DNA of 64,000 nt, from assembly GCF_963921235.1 (NCBI RefSeq), contig NC_086097.1:61382001-61446000 (forward strand). Reading direction: 5' to 3'. Every line of letters starts with the position of its first letter. Within the stretch, counting starts at the first letter, position 1. A program made the translations under genes and the position numbers. Source of the DNA: Mobula hypostoma (Eukaryota). Of this stretch, positions 1 through 11,517 are shown one piece after another. The notes beneath the pieces were generated by a model. The model searched no databases. It was not told where the DNA came from and saw only the letters and a list, made by a program, of their open reading frames with translations.

Positions 1-860
1 AGGTAGAAACGAGAAGTGCAGGGTGTGGGAACTATAAGGTTGGTAGCAGTGGATGGGAGATCCCCTGAGCGGATAAAGTCGGTGATAGTGTGGGAGACAA
101 TGGCCTGGTGCTCCTTAGTGGAGTCATGATCGTGGGGTAATGAAGAGGAGGTATGTGCGAGTTGTCGCTGTGCCTCGGCAAGGTAAAGGTCAGTACACCA
201 GACTACAACAGCACCCCCCTTATTGGCGGGTTTTATAGCAAGGTTAGGACTGGTGCGGAGGGAGTGGAGAGCAGAGCGTTCGGAAGGAATGAGGTTGGAA
301 AAGGAAGAAGGTGCGGTGAAGTCGAGATGGTTGATGTCTCGTTGGTAGTTAGCAATAAAGAGATCCAGAGCAGGCAGAAGACCAGAGTGGGGTGTCCATG
401 AAGAGAAGGAGGATTGAAGACGGGAGAAGGTGTCATCGGTGGGGGTAGGAGAGTCCTTGCTGAAGAAGTAGGCTCGAAGACGGAGCCGGCGGAAGAAGAG
501 TTCAGCATCATGGTGAATGCGGAACTCACTGAGGTTTGGGCGAAGGGGGACAAAGGTAAGGCCCTTACTGAGGACAGAGTGCTCTGCCTCAGAGTGTTGA
601 AGGTTGGAGGGGATGGCAAGGACCCGGCACGGATGAGAAGTGGGATCAGAAGGGGGAGAGGGAGGGTAGTGTCAGTGGAGAGGGGAGGGTTGGGGTGAGA
701 GGAAGAAGGAGCCTCCGAGGGCCCAGGATTAGATGATAGAATGTGAGGGAGACGGGGTTGCAGAGTGGTGGTGGGGGAAGGGGAGACGGGAGTCACAACA
801 GCAGCTCGTGAAGACCCAGCCTGGAGTTCAAGGCTGGAGTCTTGTGTGTCCTGTCCATAA
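1..860 (-). mobile_element. Penelope-like retroelement fragment (N-terminal part of RT ORF, frameshifted), running off the left edge
   Basis: Minus-strand translation across frameshifts gives ...EAEHSVLSKGLTFVP..SEFRIHHDAELFFRRLRLRAYFF... and KPANKG-AVVVW-TDLYLAEAQRQL...PTPCTSRFYL, typical of vertebrate Penelope/Poseidon ORFs. Confidence 0.85.
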
Positions 861-1034
861 TTTTTATTATCAGAAAACACTATTAATCATAAAGGAAACT
901 AAAATTTGCATGTCTACCTCACTGCCGAGCCGAATAAAGAAGGTGCTGCATAATTATGGCCTAACGCTTAGAGTGGGTTCTTGAACCAGGTCACGACCTA
1001 TCACATGTAGTTAGGGAAGCAGCTGTCAGAAGCA

Positions 1035-2790
1035 GTGTGCATGGAAGCAGAAGTGGGTAAGCACACTGGTATTCGAGTGAGATTTAAAGCAGATCCCTAC
1101 AGGCCCGCATTCCCAACGATTCTCCTTGCTAATATCCGATCACTAGAAAATTACCTGGATTACCTGCGTTCACAACTAAACCAGTGGAAGATGAGGGACT
1201 GCTGCACACTCGTCCTGATAGAAACGTAGCTCCAGGACACCACTCCAGACTTGGCCATACAGCTGGAAGGTCTAATCTCCTTTCGGACAGACAGAAATGC
1301 TATGACCTCTAAGATCTGCAGAAGTAATCTGTGAGTCTATAGCATTAAGAAATGGTGTGTGAACACTTCAGCAGTAATGGTGCACAGCTCACCACAGATA
1401 GAGACCTTAACAAAGAAATGCAGGCCCATCTACTTATTGAGGGTGTTCACAGCCAATGTGATTATTGTGTCAGTGCTGGAGAAGCTCTACAGTATGCTCT
1501 GCAAACTTGAAGCCACTTATCTTGATGGTATCTTCATTATTACTGGTGACTTCAATCACGCCAATTTAACAACAGTTTTGCCAAAGCTCTACCAATGTGT
1601 TAACTTCACAGTCGGAGGAAGAAATATACTAGACTGGGTCAATGCCAAGGATTGTGGAGTCTACAAGGCTGGCACCCTCCTCCAGACCCACCTTCCTCAC
1701 CACTTTTACTTCAAGGACTCAGACCACATATCCATTTTGCTAATATCTGCACTGGTTAAATGACTGAAACAAGTTTACAGGGATATCAGGACCTTGGCAG
1801 AAGGTGTCTCCTCACCATGGCAGGACTATTTCGAAAGCACTGACTGGAGCATATTCACGGAGATGGCTACCTACGATCATCACGTCAACATTGATGAATC
1901 TGCACGATCCGTGACTGGCTACATAGAAAAATGCATGGAAGGTGTTATCGTGATTAAACATTACACTGCCAGGACAAGCCAGAAGCCACGGCTGACTGCA
2001 GAGGTTCAAGGTCTGCTTAGGGATTGGGGCTCTGCTTTCAGAACGGGGGATAAGACAACTCTAATGTCAGCAAAAGTCTGGCTCTCCCGTTCCATCAGGA
2101 AGGCAAAACAAGAGTACTCACAGACAGCTTGTGACATTAACGACCTGCAGTGCTTGTGGAAAGGTATATAATAGATGATCTAACCTAGACCCACAATACT
2201 TGCTCATTAGTCAAGAAGGTACAGCAGCACCTATACTTTCTGAGCAGTCTGAGGAGTACATGACTCTGTGCACCATTTTAACAACTTTCCACAGGAGCAT
2301 CATTGAGAGTACCCTGTCTGGGTGCAGAGAGAAGGTAGAGATATTTGCAGATGTGGTACGGAAGCAGCAAGACATCGGACTACAGGAGCCTACAGAAAAT
2401 AATAAAACTCACCGGGAGGATCATCAGGGTCTCCCTTGCTCTTATTTGTGACTTTAACTGGTAGCGTTGTAGCTGAAGGGCCCAAGGAAGTGTTGAAGAT
2501 CCCTAACTCCCATCCCACAATATCTTTGACCCCCTACCATCAGGAAGGAGATGCAAGAGCATCAAGACTCGGAATGCCAGACTGGTCAACAGCTTCTTCA
2601 CCCAGGCTGTGAGACTAATGAATACTCTGCCACATCTGAGGTCTCATTACTAGGACAATGAGTAATATTTTGTTTTATGTGCTGTGAGTGATATATGTAT
2701 TGTAGGTACACTGTAGTCCAGAGGAACATCACTCATTTGGTTGTATATATGTGCAGTCAGATGACAATAAATTTGAACTTGAACTTGAAA
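1035..2790 (+). mobile_element. Degraded Rex1/Babar-type LINE with most of the RT domain deleted
   Basis: APE motifs PTILLANIRSLEN, DCCTLVLIET, IITGDFNHANL and SDH; KPRLTAEVQ linker; jumps near 2190 to the C-terminal FHRSIIESTLSGC region; ends in a TTGAACTTGAACTTGA tail. Confidence 0.75.
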
Positions 2791-3542
2791 AGGAATCCAT
2801 TGAGCCATAGCTGGCTAGATGTCTTCGAGATGTCTCCCTCAATCCATCATCAAGACATGAGGGACAATCAACAGTGCAGGGAACCTAGTTCCGTTTCAGG
2901 CCTGAACTATGTTCATGGAGAAGATGCAAAGAGACAAGAACAAAGAGTAACCTAAGCCAAATGAGATTAATCTGAGGGCAATATAAAAGGGCAGGTATAA
3001 TCAAAACTGTAAATCAAATAAAAATGCAATACTAGAGTGACCACTGCCCTGCTGCCCAGAAACCTGGAACCTAACACAGTGGAGAGAGAGTGGAACATCA
3101 AAGTTAAGCAAGGTTTTTGTCAACATGGGAAGGTTAGATATACTTATGATAAATGATTGGAATATCAAAATCACTCTTGAGTATGAATTACAATCTAATA
3201 AAAATGAGTGAATTCAAGCTAAAATGTAGAACGTTAATACTGTATCCTATTGTAATAAAGTAGCGGGCATTGAGACTGAGAGGATTTGGAGTAGGGCACA
3301 GAATTAAAATTACAGATATTCATTTCAACCCCCCCACAGTTCCAATTCCAAAAGTAACAGTCCCACGAACAGTCAGTATCCATCACCAGCCTTCGACACC
3401 CAGAGAAAATTCTCTAAAATTAAACAATTCCTTTACTCCATTCAGTTCCTGCAAATCAAAGTTCTTACAATGGAAATTTCAAATGATCCTATGTTTGCCT
3501 CAAATTGTGTGTGTAATATCCTGGGAAAGGCTTCACTACTAA

Positions 3543-6500
3543 TGTAATGGTCTTTCTGTAGAAGCAATGTTTGGGTTATGGTTAGCGATAACGGGTGCTT
3601 TGGAATGTGAGCCGTTCAATGGAGGGAGTGTGTTTCCATGTTGTGTGCCTGGCACCGGTGTGAGCTGTGTCTTTTGTTCAGCAGGAGATGAGGGGAGAAG
3701 TTGCTGGAGAGAAGAGGTCGTAGGACTCAACCCAGAGTGGGGCCATGATTCGATGAAGCCCAGGGAAATCGAAGGAGGATCGGTGAAGGGGAAAGCATGC
3801 ACTCCAACTTGTGCACATTAGACTGTTTCATTAAAATGGGCCCTCTTCTTTTTTTTTTTGCTTTTGTTTTACCAACCCTTTATCGAGTTAAGAATGATAA
3901 ATCTAAATCGCTTAATTGTATGCAATTACTGTCTATTATTTCATGGTACTTATTTATAACAGGGTAACGAATCACACAGCATCCACACAAACAGGGAGTT
4001 TCAGGGTGGGCTTGCACCTTAATCTCACACGTTTGGCGGGGCTGGAGATCACCTTCCATAGATTTACGCAGCTGACAGAACCAGAGCATATCAATTGTGG
4101 GGGCTCATCCTGGATCAATTTTGTTGGCTGCTGTGTGATTGCCCTGAGCATTGATCCAGTGGGTTGTGTGTTTAAGTCTATGCTAAATTATTGTCTGGTA
4201 CAGTGATTATGGTATGTGGTTATGCATGCTGCTGAGGCTGAGTGGTGGTGCAAATCCACGGGGGTAGTTGTAACAAATGTGTGCGTGTTGAGTGGGTAGA
4301 CATTCATATCCCTGGTGAATAGTTAATTTGAATTTTAAGTACTGTTAAAGCTGTAGGGAAGGTTACGATTGTGGGCGTGGAGGTGTGATAAATTGGCGGG
4401 CAAAGACTTTGTTATAGTTCAGACTAGTGCTGACGTAATGGCAGTGGAACTGCTTGATACTATTGGAGCCCGGGAGAAGTGGAGCAGCTGGTATTGTCCA
4501 TTGTAACTATGGTAAAGAGGGACACTTCAGGCAGCTGTATGAATGATGGGAAACCCCTTCGAGAGTGAGCCTCCAGGTACCTAAAGAGAAAGAGACATTG
4601 GGAAAACTTAAAAGAAAACCAGTGAGGGGATGACCTGCTGTCTCGGGGGGAACACCTTCCCAACAACATATCAAGGAACCCATAAAGCAAAAAACCCTAT
4701 TCCTGAAGGCTCAGTGCGGTCAAGCTCCAGTGTCTCACTACAGATAGAGGGTATTTATGCTAAAGCCATACTTGACACAGGGTCGTGGGTCACTTTGCTG
4801 TACTGTTCGTTTACAACCTGTATTTGACGCATTTACCATTGCTGCCAATCAGCATACTAGAGATCTGGGGTCTTAGTGCAGGTGATTATCCATATGATAG
4901 TTACTTCTCAGTGAAGCTGGAGCTTTTGGAATAGATGTGGGAGTGGTGAGGTTCCAACTCTGTTGAGAGGGGTGGAGTTTCAGTTCTTGTGGGGGACAGA
5001 CACTCCTATTGTGAGGAGGCTAGTGGGAACCTGCAAGGAGAGAGCTGGAAAGAGCTTTTTAAAGACATTGTCCATTCACCCGGTGTTTCGAGCTGCTTTC
5101 GTGGAAGTGCATGGCCGCACTGGGCCAGATAATGAGCTTAGACGAGGGACTGTGTGGTTCATGCAGTCAAAGCCAATCGCGTTACGGCCTGGGGAAGTAG
5201 TGAGAGTGATGGGAAACCCCAGATGTCCCAGAATGCCTGAGGCCGAGGTCCTCTTGGTGGATGCCCCGGAAGACCACGAAGAGGAGTTGGGCAAGCCTGC
5301 TAGAGTACTGGTGAGGCCCGAACTGCAGAAACCCTCGGTTGTACAGGCGAGCAGGATGACAGTGATTGTCAGGAACACTAGGAAGAGGGAGATCACCTTC
5401 AAGCAGGGGAATGACCCTGGCACATCTCTTCCAGTGATGGTAATGTCTACTGTCCCTGTGGGACAAGCCAGGGAGAAACTACCTTCAAAAGGGGGAAAGT
5501 TGACTGCTGAGTCACTCAACTTTGGGGACTCCCTGCTACTTGCGGTTTGGAAGAGGAGGCTGGTAGAGAAGATGTTGAAACTGGAAGGTGTCTTTTCCAA
5601 TGAGGAGTCTGATGTGGGTTGTTCCTAGAGCACTCGCTACACTATCTGGGTGACAGATGACACCCCGTTCAGAGAAAGGTCATGGCAACTTGCCCCTGCA
5701 GAGGTGGAAGTCATTCGGCAGTATTTGCATAAGTTGAAGGAAGCTTGGATCATCTCTGAGTCCAGAAGGCCCTCTGCATCCCCAATAGTAATGGCCAGAA
5801 AGAAGAATGGTAAGGTATGGATGTGTGTGGACTATCGGACTCTGAACTGGCATAGTCTCCGACCAGTATACGGTCCTGAGGATCGAAGATGCGTTGGCCT
5901 GTCTGAATGGTGCAAAGTGGTTCAGTGTGCTGGATTTGAGGAGTGGATATTACCAGATCCCCATGAGTGAGGCCGACAAAGAGAAGACGACATTATATAT
6001 TCCCTGGGATTCTTCCAGTTCAAAAGGATGCCTGAGGTCATATCAGGAGCTCCTGCAACCTTCCAGTGGGTCATGGAGAAAACGGTGGGGGATATGAACT
6101 TGCTTGAGGTATTAGAGTATCTGGATGACCTCATAGTGTTTGGATCCATGAAGCGAGGCTACTGAAGGTACTGGGCTGCCTGAAAGCTGAAGGGTTAGAA
6201 CTTTGCCTGGACAAGTGCCAGTTCTGCAAGACATCTGTCAGCTACGTTGGGTGCATAGTCTCATGAAATGGAGTAGCTACAGATCCGTTTAAGATAGAGG
6301 CGGTGACCACATGGCTAAAGTCCAAGACTGTGAGTGCTTTGCGCTCTTTCCTTGGGTTCTGTGGGTACTATCGGAGTTTGTGAAGGGCTATGTGAAAGTG
6401 AATCACCCCTTAAATCAACTTCTGTGTGGTTACCCTCCCTTGGGGAAGAAAGTGAAGAGGACAAAAGGAGAGGAGGGTAAAGAGTATCTTAGCCCTTCGG

Positions 6501-6657
6501 AGTCTTTTGGAGTGAGGTGGTACGTGAAGTGTCAGGAGGCCTTTCAGTCACTGAAGGAACTGCTGACACAGGAGCCAATGCTGGCTTTTGCAGACCTCCG
6601 ACTGCGGTATGTACTGCAGAGAGGGCTTGGGGGTGTCCTGTATCAGGATCAGGGCAC
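3543..6657 (+). mobile_element. Ty3/Gypsy LTR retrotransposon, 3'-truncated and degraded (5' LTR, PBS, partly deleted gag, PR, RT, start of RNase H)
   Basis: TG at 3543 and CA at 4093; degenerate Pro-PBS TGGGGGCTCATCCTGGAT at 4098-4115; protease [40 protein letters not shown] and YLDD; paralogous to the 9405-16619 element; breaks off after GLGGVLYQDQG. Confidence 0.88.
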
Positions 6658-7489
6658 CTGTTGCATTTTAGCTGGAATAAAGCCTCTCTCTTCTCCAACT
6701 TCTTCTAGTACTGGTGAACGATTGTTTACTGAAATGATTGGTTTGTTTCCCCACAGTCACTGCCTGGCAGGTTTAGTATTTTCAGCCTTGTCTTGTTATT
6801 AAGCATGCATTATTGATAGATAAATGATAGATAGGAATGGAAAAATCGGTATTCAAATTAATGGTATATTTTAATAATAGTGATTTAGTTGTAAGGGATT
6901 TTGATTGTCCAAAAATAAAATATAAAAATGAGAAAAAAAATGCAGTGGGCGTATGTTTTTCTACGATCTTGTATTTTCTTAGTCAATGCATTTTTTTTAC
7001 TTCTACAACAAAGTGATTATTCATTAATCTGCATTAGAAAAGGAAATGAAACAAACAGATCCTCCAAAAGTTGTCACTATCGTGTAATTACATTCAGTGA
7101 AAGCACAGAAAGATGAAGAGTCCCAGAAGACCAAAAAAAAGAAAATTATGCAAGACAGAGTGAGTATGTCCAAATTAATAAGAAGGGATATTTGGCAAGA
7201 AGAACACAGTGAAGTTGATAGAAATGGCATAGCAAGGTCTATTACATAGAATGCATGGCTCACTAATACAAAGAATCCTTCACAATTTTTTGTAGCCTGT
7301 TTATGCATAACTTAGATTTCTGTTCAAGAAGGTCCCAGCCAGATGCACACAACCCAAGGCTTGCATTAGACTGATCTCCCTAAAGCAAGGTACTAACCTG
7401 GAATTCACATGGACATATATTCCCACCTCATTCTCACTTTAGCAAAACTCCTCTCAGTTTGAGAAGCTCTCCCTACCAAAGCAATGCAC

Positions 7490-7630
7490 ACAAAAGTCAG
7501 CAGGTCAGACAGCATCTATGGAAAAGAGTAAACAATCGACGTTTTGGGCTGAGACCCTTCTTCAGGTCTGAGAGGGAAGGGGGAGACGACTTAATTAAAA
7601 GGTGGGGGGGATTAAAGAGGCTAGCTGAAA
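7490..7630 (-). mobile_element. Penelope-like 3' terminal fragment with hammerhead-like motif
   Basis: Reverse complement of ~7534-7570 reads CAGACCTGAAGAAGGGTCTCAGCCCAAAACGTCGATT; shares sequence with the 56999-57239 and 63830-64000 fragments. Confidence 0.65.
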
Positions 7631-8849
7631 GGTGCTGTGTGAGCACGCCCTACAAATCCCCAAGTCTTTAAATCCTAACCCATCTTCAATGACCAAACAG
7701 AATGCCTTCTTTCTGTAATCAATCCAACAACTTGACATGCACCATTCCTACAATCAACCCTCAAAATACATCTGCTAATCTACAACCCGAGCTCTCTACC
7801 AATCACTCAACTTATTCAGCCCAGAACCTCCCTTCCGGTGCAAGCAAAGTCCAATCTGTCTGTTGTTCCCTTTATAACTACCATTCTTTCATTTCCCCAT
7901 CTTCCTCATTCAATAACTCTCTGGCCTCTCTCCACTATATTGTCACCCTCAACTTCCTTTTGCCCAGAAATAAGCCTTCCAGTGACAGTCACTCAAATAA
8001 AATAGTCCATGGCCAACACAAACCAATGCTTAATGCACCTCAGCTTATGCTTTCAGCTTTCAGATATTTATATCACAATAAGTTTAAAAATACAAATAAC
8101 ATATTGTTCAAGCAGGAAAATAATTATCAATGCTAGAGTTGTATGAATTAATAAGGAGATTCAATCAAATAAGATCTAGTGCTCTTGAGCAGATGATAAA
8201 AGAGGAAATGGAACACAAATGGAAATGTTTTTTTTCAAAATAAGCTTCTGAACGGTTTAAAGACAGAGAAAATAAGCAAATGCATGATTGATCTATAAAT
8301 CTTTTCATGGAAACATTAGTAGTTTTTGGTAGTCAAGAGATGAAGAAAATGAGCTCATAGCAGAGAGTAAGGAATGGCAGAATTATTGCTTCCTTCACAT
8401 TTCATACAAAGACTGCACATTGAAATTGTAGAAGTACTCAAGATGGATGACTGAAGATACAAAAGATATAAGGAAGTTTTTTTTTAAGAGTTATGGTAAA
8501 CAAATTACTGTGACCTGATGAGTTAGGTTTTGGGAATATGACTTGAGAGTCAGAGAAAAAAAAAGTTTCAAGGGGTAACTTTAACTTCATATGAGAGTCT
8601 AAAATATATTAATATAATTTAGATGCCTGTAATACATATCACAGAACTGTCATTTCCAATTAAATCAATGAAAGTACTGCACATGTTCCTTACTTAAGGG
8701 GAATCAATCTAAAGCAATCTGCTTCTTTCTCCACAGTTGATGCCTGAACTGGTAAGCATTTCAACATTTTCCATTTTTAATATTTCATAGAAGAGCAGAA
8801 TCAATAATGCCCATTTTATTCCCTGCCCAAAGTAAAATAAAAGCCAGGT

Positions 8850-9122
8850 GTCACAGTAGCGTAGTAATTAGCACGGCGTTATTGCAGCTCGTAGCATCAA
8901 TTCTGACGCTGTCTGTAAGAAGGTTGAACGTCCTTTCTATGAGCGCATGTGTTTCTGCCAGGTGCTTCAGTTTCTTCTCAGTGTCCAAGGCTGTTCCAGT
9001 TAGTAGATTAAATTGCCATTATAAATTGTACAATGCTTAACCTAAGGTTAAATAGATGGTTTCATGGGTGATGAGGCACGTTGGGCCAGAAAAGCCTATT
9101 CTGTGCTATATCTCTAAATAAA
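8850..9122 (+). mobile_element. tRNA-derived V-SINE-like element (HE1-like), degraded
   Basis: tRNA-like head GTAGCGTAGTAATTAGCAC; central CTGTCTGTAAG..GTTTCTGCCAGGTGCTTCAGTTTCTTCTCAGTGTCCAA domain; CR1-like tail CTGTGCTATATCTCTAAATAAAAC. Confidence 0.6.
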
Positions 9123-9404
9123 ACAAAATGCACATGAGTACTTTATACTTTATACTTTATTGTCGCCAAACAATTGATACTAGAACGTACAATCATCACA
9201 GTGATATTTGATTCTCATCACCCCCTTCTTTCATCCACTTATGGGGCAGTATGCCAGAAAGAAGGAGAAACACGTGCAAAGAGCTGAAATGAATCAATTG
9301 TGACAACTCTCCTGAAAAAAAGTGCAACAGAGAGATAAAGCAGTTTGGAGTCCCAAAAGTACTGACCACAATACAGTTACATTCAATATCAGAATCAAAA
9401 GGAG

Positions 9405-10050
9405 TGTAGTATCTGGACTCAGTAATATTAGCTGGACTGTTAACTATTAACTGCCTATTACAAAATGGTTTCTCTGCAGTGTTTACACTAATATGGCTTC
9501 TCGTACTGTAAACTGCTGAGCAAGGGGTTCTGTGTAACAGCATGTTTGGGTTATACTTAGTGAAAATGGAAATTGTATTCATTTGCTAGCTAATGGAAGT
9601 CATGTTATGTTATCTTGTATGTTTTTGCTGAGCTGAGGAGTGTGGGCTTTTTCGGGAGGCGAGCAGAGAGGACGGACATGCAGGGAACGGACAGCAGATC
9701 CAGGGCGGCAGATCCCGGACCTCGGGGGTTCGGATGGTGGCCGGAGTCTCGGAAGGGCGTTGTTGATGGAATCAGAGGCGTGAGCTACAATGTATTAAAT
9801 ATTATGTGAACAAGACTGATAAGTTACTTATGTGGCACCTTTTCTTTTAGTTGTTGCTACTAACCCATCACCAAAACTTGCTATAAAGTATAATTCTTTA
9901 CCCGCACTTGGTATATTGTTTGATATTTGTGTCGTGGCTGATCATTGGGCATCTCACACCATATCCTCACCAAAGCAGTTGCACTGTTTGGCATAGTCAA
10001 CGACTATTCACCCTAGGCAACGGGAGTCAGTTGGGGCAAAGGCCATTACA
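9405..10050 (+). repeat. 5' LTR
   Basis: Starts TGTAG and ends TTACA; direct repeat of 15985-16619. Confidence 0.95.
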
Positions 10051-10053
10051 TTT

Positions 10054-10071
10054 TGGGGGCTCGTCCGGGAT
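10054..10071 (+). other. Primer-binding site complementary to the tRNA-Pro 3' end
   Basis: TGGGGGCTCGTCCGGGAT, 3 nt after the LTR end; this is the canonical tRNA-Pro PBS sequence. Confidence 0.92.
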
Positions 10072-11481
10072 TTGAATTTTGAAGGATACGGGGAATTTGC
10101 CCGGGTTAAATTAGAAGAGATGTACACGGATAAGATTGAATTTTGGTGTGAGATCGAGGATGTCCCAGTTAATCATGCCTGCGTATTAAATGTGGTGGAT
10201 ATACATACCCCGGATGATGTGTTGATTCGATATTTGAGTACGGTCAGGGCTATCGGTAAGGTTGAAATTGTAAACAGAAAGATTGCTAAAATGGGGGACT
10301 CAGCCTTTGTGTTGATACAAATTGGTGTTGACGTCAAGGAATTGGGACTGCCGCTATGTTTCGGTAACGTAGGTGAGGAGGGGCCATGGGGCATGCACAC
10401 TGTCACGGAGGAAGGGTCTGAAGAGACACCAGAGGAGTTGCCCAAAGCTAGGGGCAGAGATTTTGGAGAGCAGGTCCAATCATTTTTGAAGGATGAAGGA
10501 AGGGAGTGGTCGGATTTGGAGAATGTAATTAGTTCTCATTCCCCACGGAAGGGGGAGGGCTCTGAGTTGGCCTCAGCCACTAACTCTTTGGTGAACAGGG
10601 TGGCGGGTCCGCGACAGAAGTTAAGAATTTTCTCGGGGAGGACACCCATCCCCGACAGGGAAGAGGAATATGAGTCCTGGGTAGAACATACTTCTCAGTT
10701 GCTAGGTGAGTGGCAGTGTTCTGAGGAGGAGAAGTGGCAAAGATTGGGGGAAAGTTTGAGAGGGGCGGCAGCTGAGGTGGTAAAAGGGGTGAGAGTTAAT
10801 CAGCCCTTGGCCTCTTGGAAGGAGTGTCTAGCCACCCTGGAGGAGGCATTTGGGCTGACGGGAAGCACAGTGGAGCTTTTAGGGGGGATTCAGAATTTGC
10901 GTCAGGAGAAAGGAGAAAAGTTTTCTGAGTATCTTCTCCAACTTGAGCGTAGGCTAAATTGTTTGAGGCACTGGGGGGTCGTTTTGGTGAATGAGATGGA
11001 TCGGATAAGGATCGACCAGGTAGCCAGGGGTGCGCAGAGACATGATGCGATCGCTACGAGCCTCCGGCAGTCCCGTAGAGCGCATCCCCCCCCACCCCAT
11101 CTTTTGTTCAGTTGTTCAGAGAGGTAAGGGAGAAGGAGGACGAATTGAAAGCGGAAGACGGCTTCGTTAACAAGGTACAGTCCTTGGTAGTAGCTCGTTG
11201 TGGTGAAATGACCGGGCCCACGCGGGAGATATAAAAAGGGGTCGCGGCAGGTGGAGTCCCTCCGCGGGAGGGGAAGAATGGAGAAGGCCCTTCCCGGGTG
11301 GGATGGACAACACTGAGGCCAGGTGGAGGCCAGGGTCCTGCGAGGCGAGGCATGTGCTATAACTGCAGGGAAGAGGGGCACTTCAGGCGGGAATGTGAAT
11401 GTCAGGGAGCCCCTCCGAGTGAGACCCCCCCGGGTGTCCCAGCAGGAAGGGGGTTCGGGAAACTTAGAAGAGACTCAGTGA
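10072..11481 (+). pseudogene. Gag with PNMA/Ma (MOAP1-like) domains and CCHC zinc knuckle, frameshifted near the 3' end
   Basis: ORF 10072-11127 contains KLRIFSGRTPIPDREEEYESWVEH..EWQCSEEEKWQRLGESLRGAA and QEKGEKFSEYLLQLE; knuckle CYNCREEGHFRREC near 11355; inferred original gag stop TGA at 11479-11481. Confidence 0.88.
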
Positions 11482-11517
11482 GGGAACGGACTGGAGTCTC
11501 TGGGAAAATACATTCCC
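11457..11517 (+). promoter_or_regulatory. Putative -1 programmed ribosomal frameshift signal (slippery heptamer plus pseudoknot)
   Basis: GGGAAAC at 11457-11463; stem AGAGACTC-AGT (11469-11479) pairs with ACT-G-GAGTCTCT (11490-11501); loop GGGAA (11482-11486) is complementary to TTCCC (11513-11517). Confidence 0.75.

Noticed and set aside
233..880. 215-aa Pro/Ser-rich minus-strand ORF as a host gene
   Set aside because: It is a frame-mixed reading of the Penelope element.
7078..7165. Possible small exon (KAQKDEESQKTKKKKIMQDR followed by GTGAGT)
   Set aside because: Good donor but weak acceptor, no recognisable homology, and no partner exons found.
9213..9312. Strong minus-strand splice acceptor (CTTTTTTTCAG|G) suggesting an exon
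   Set aside because: No convincing donor or recognisable peptide; it runs into a LINE tail.
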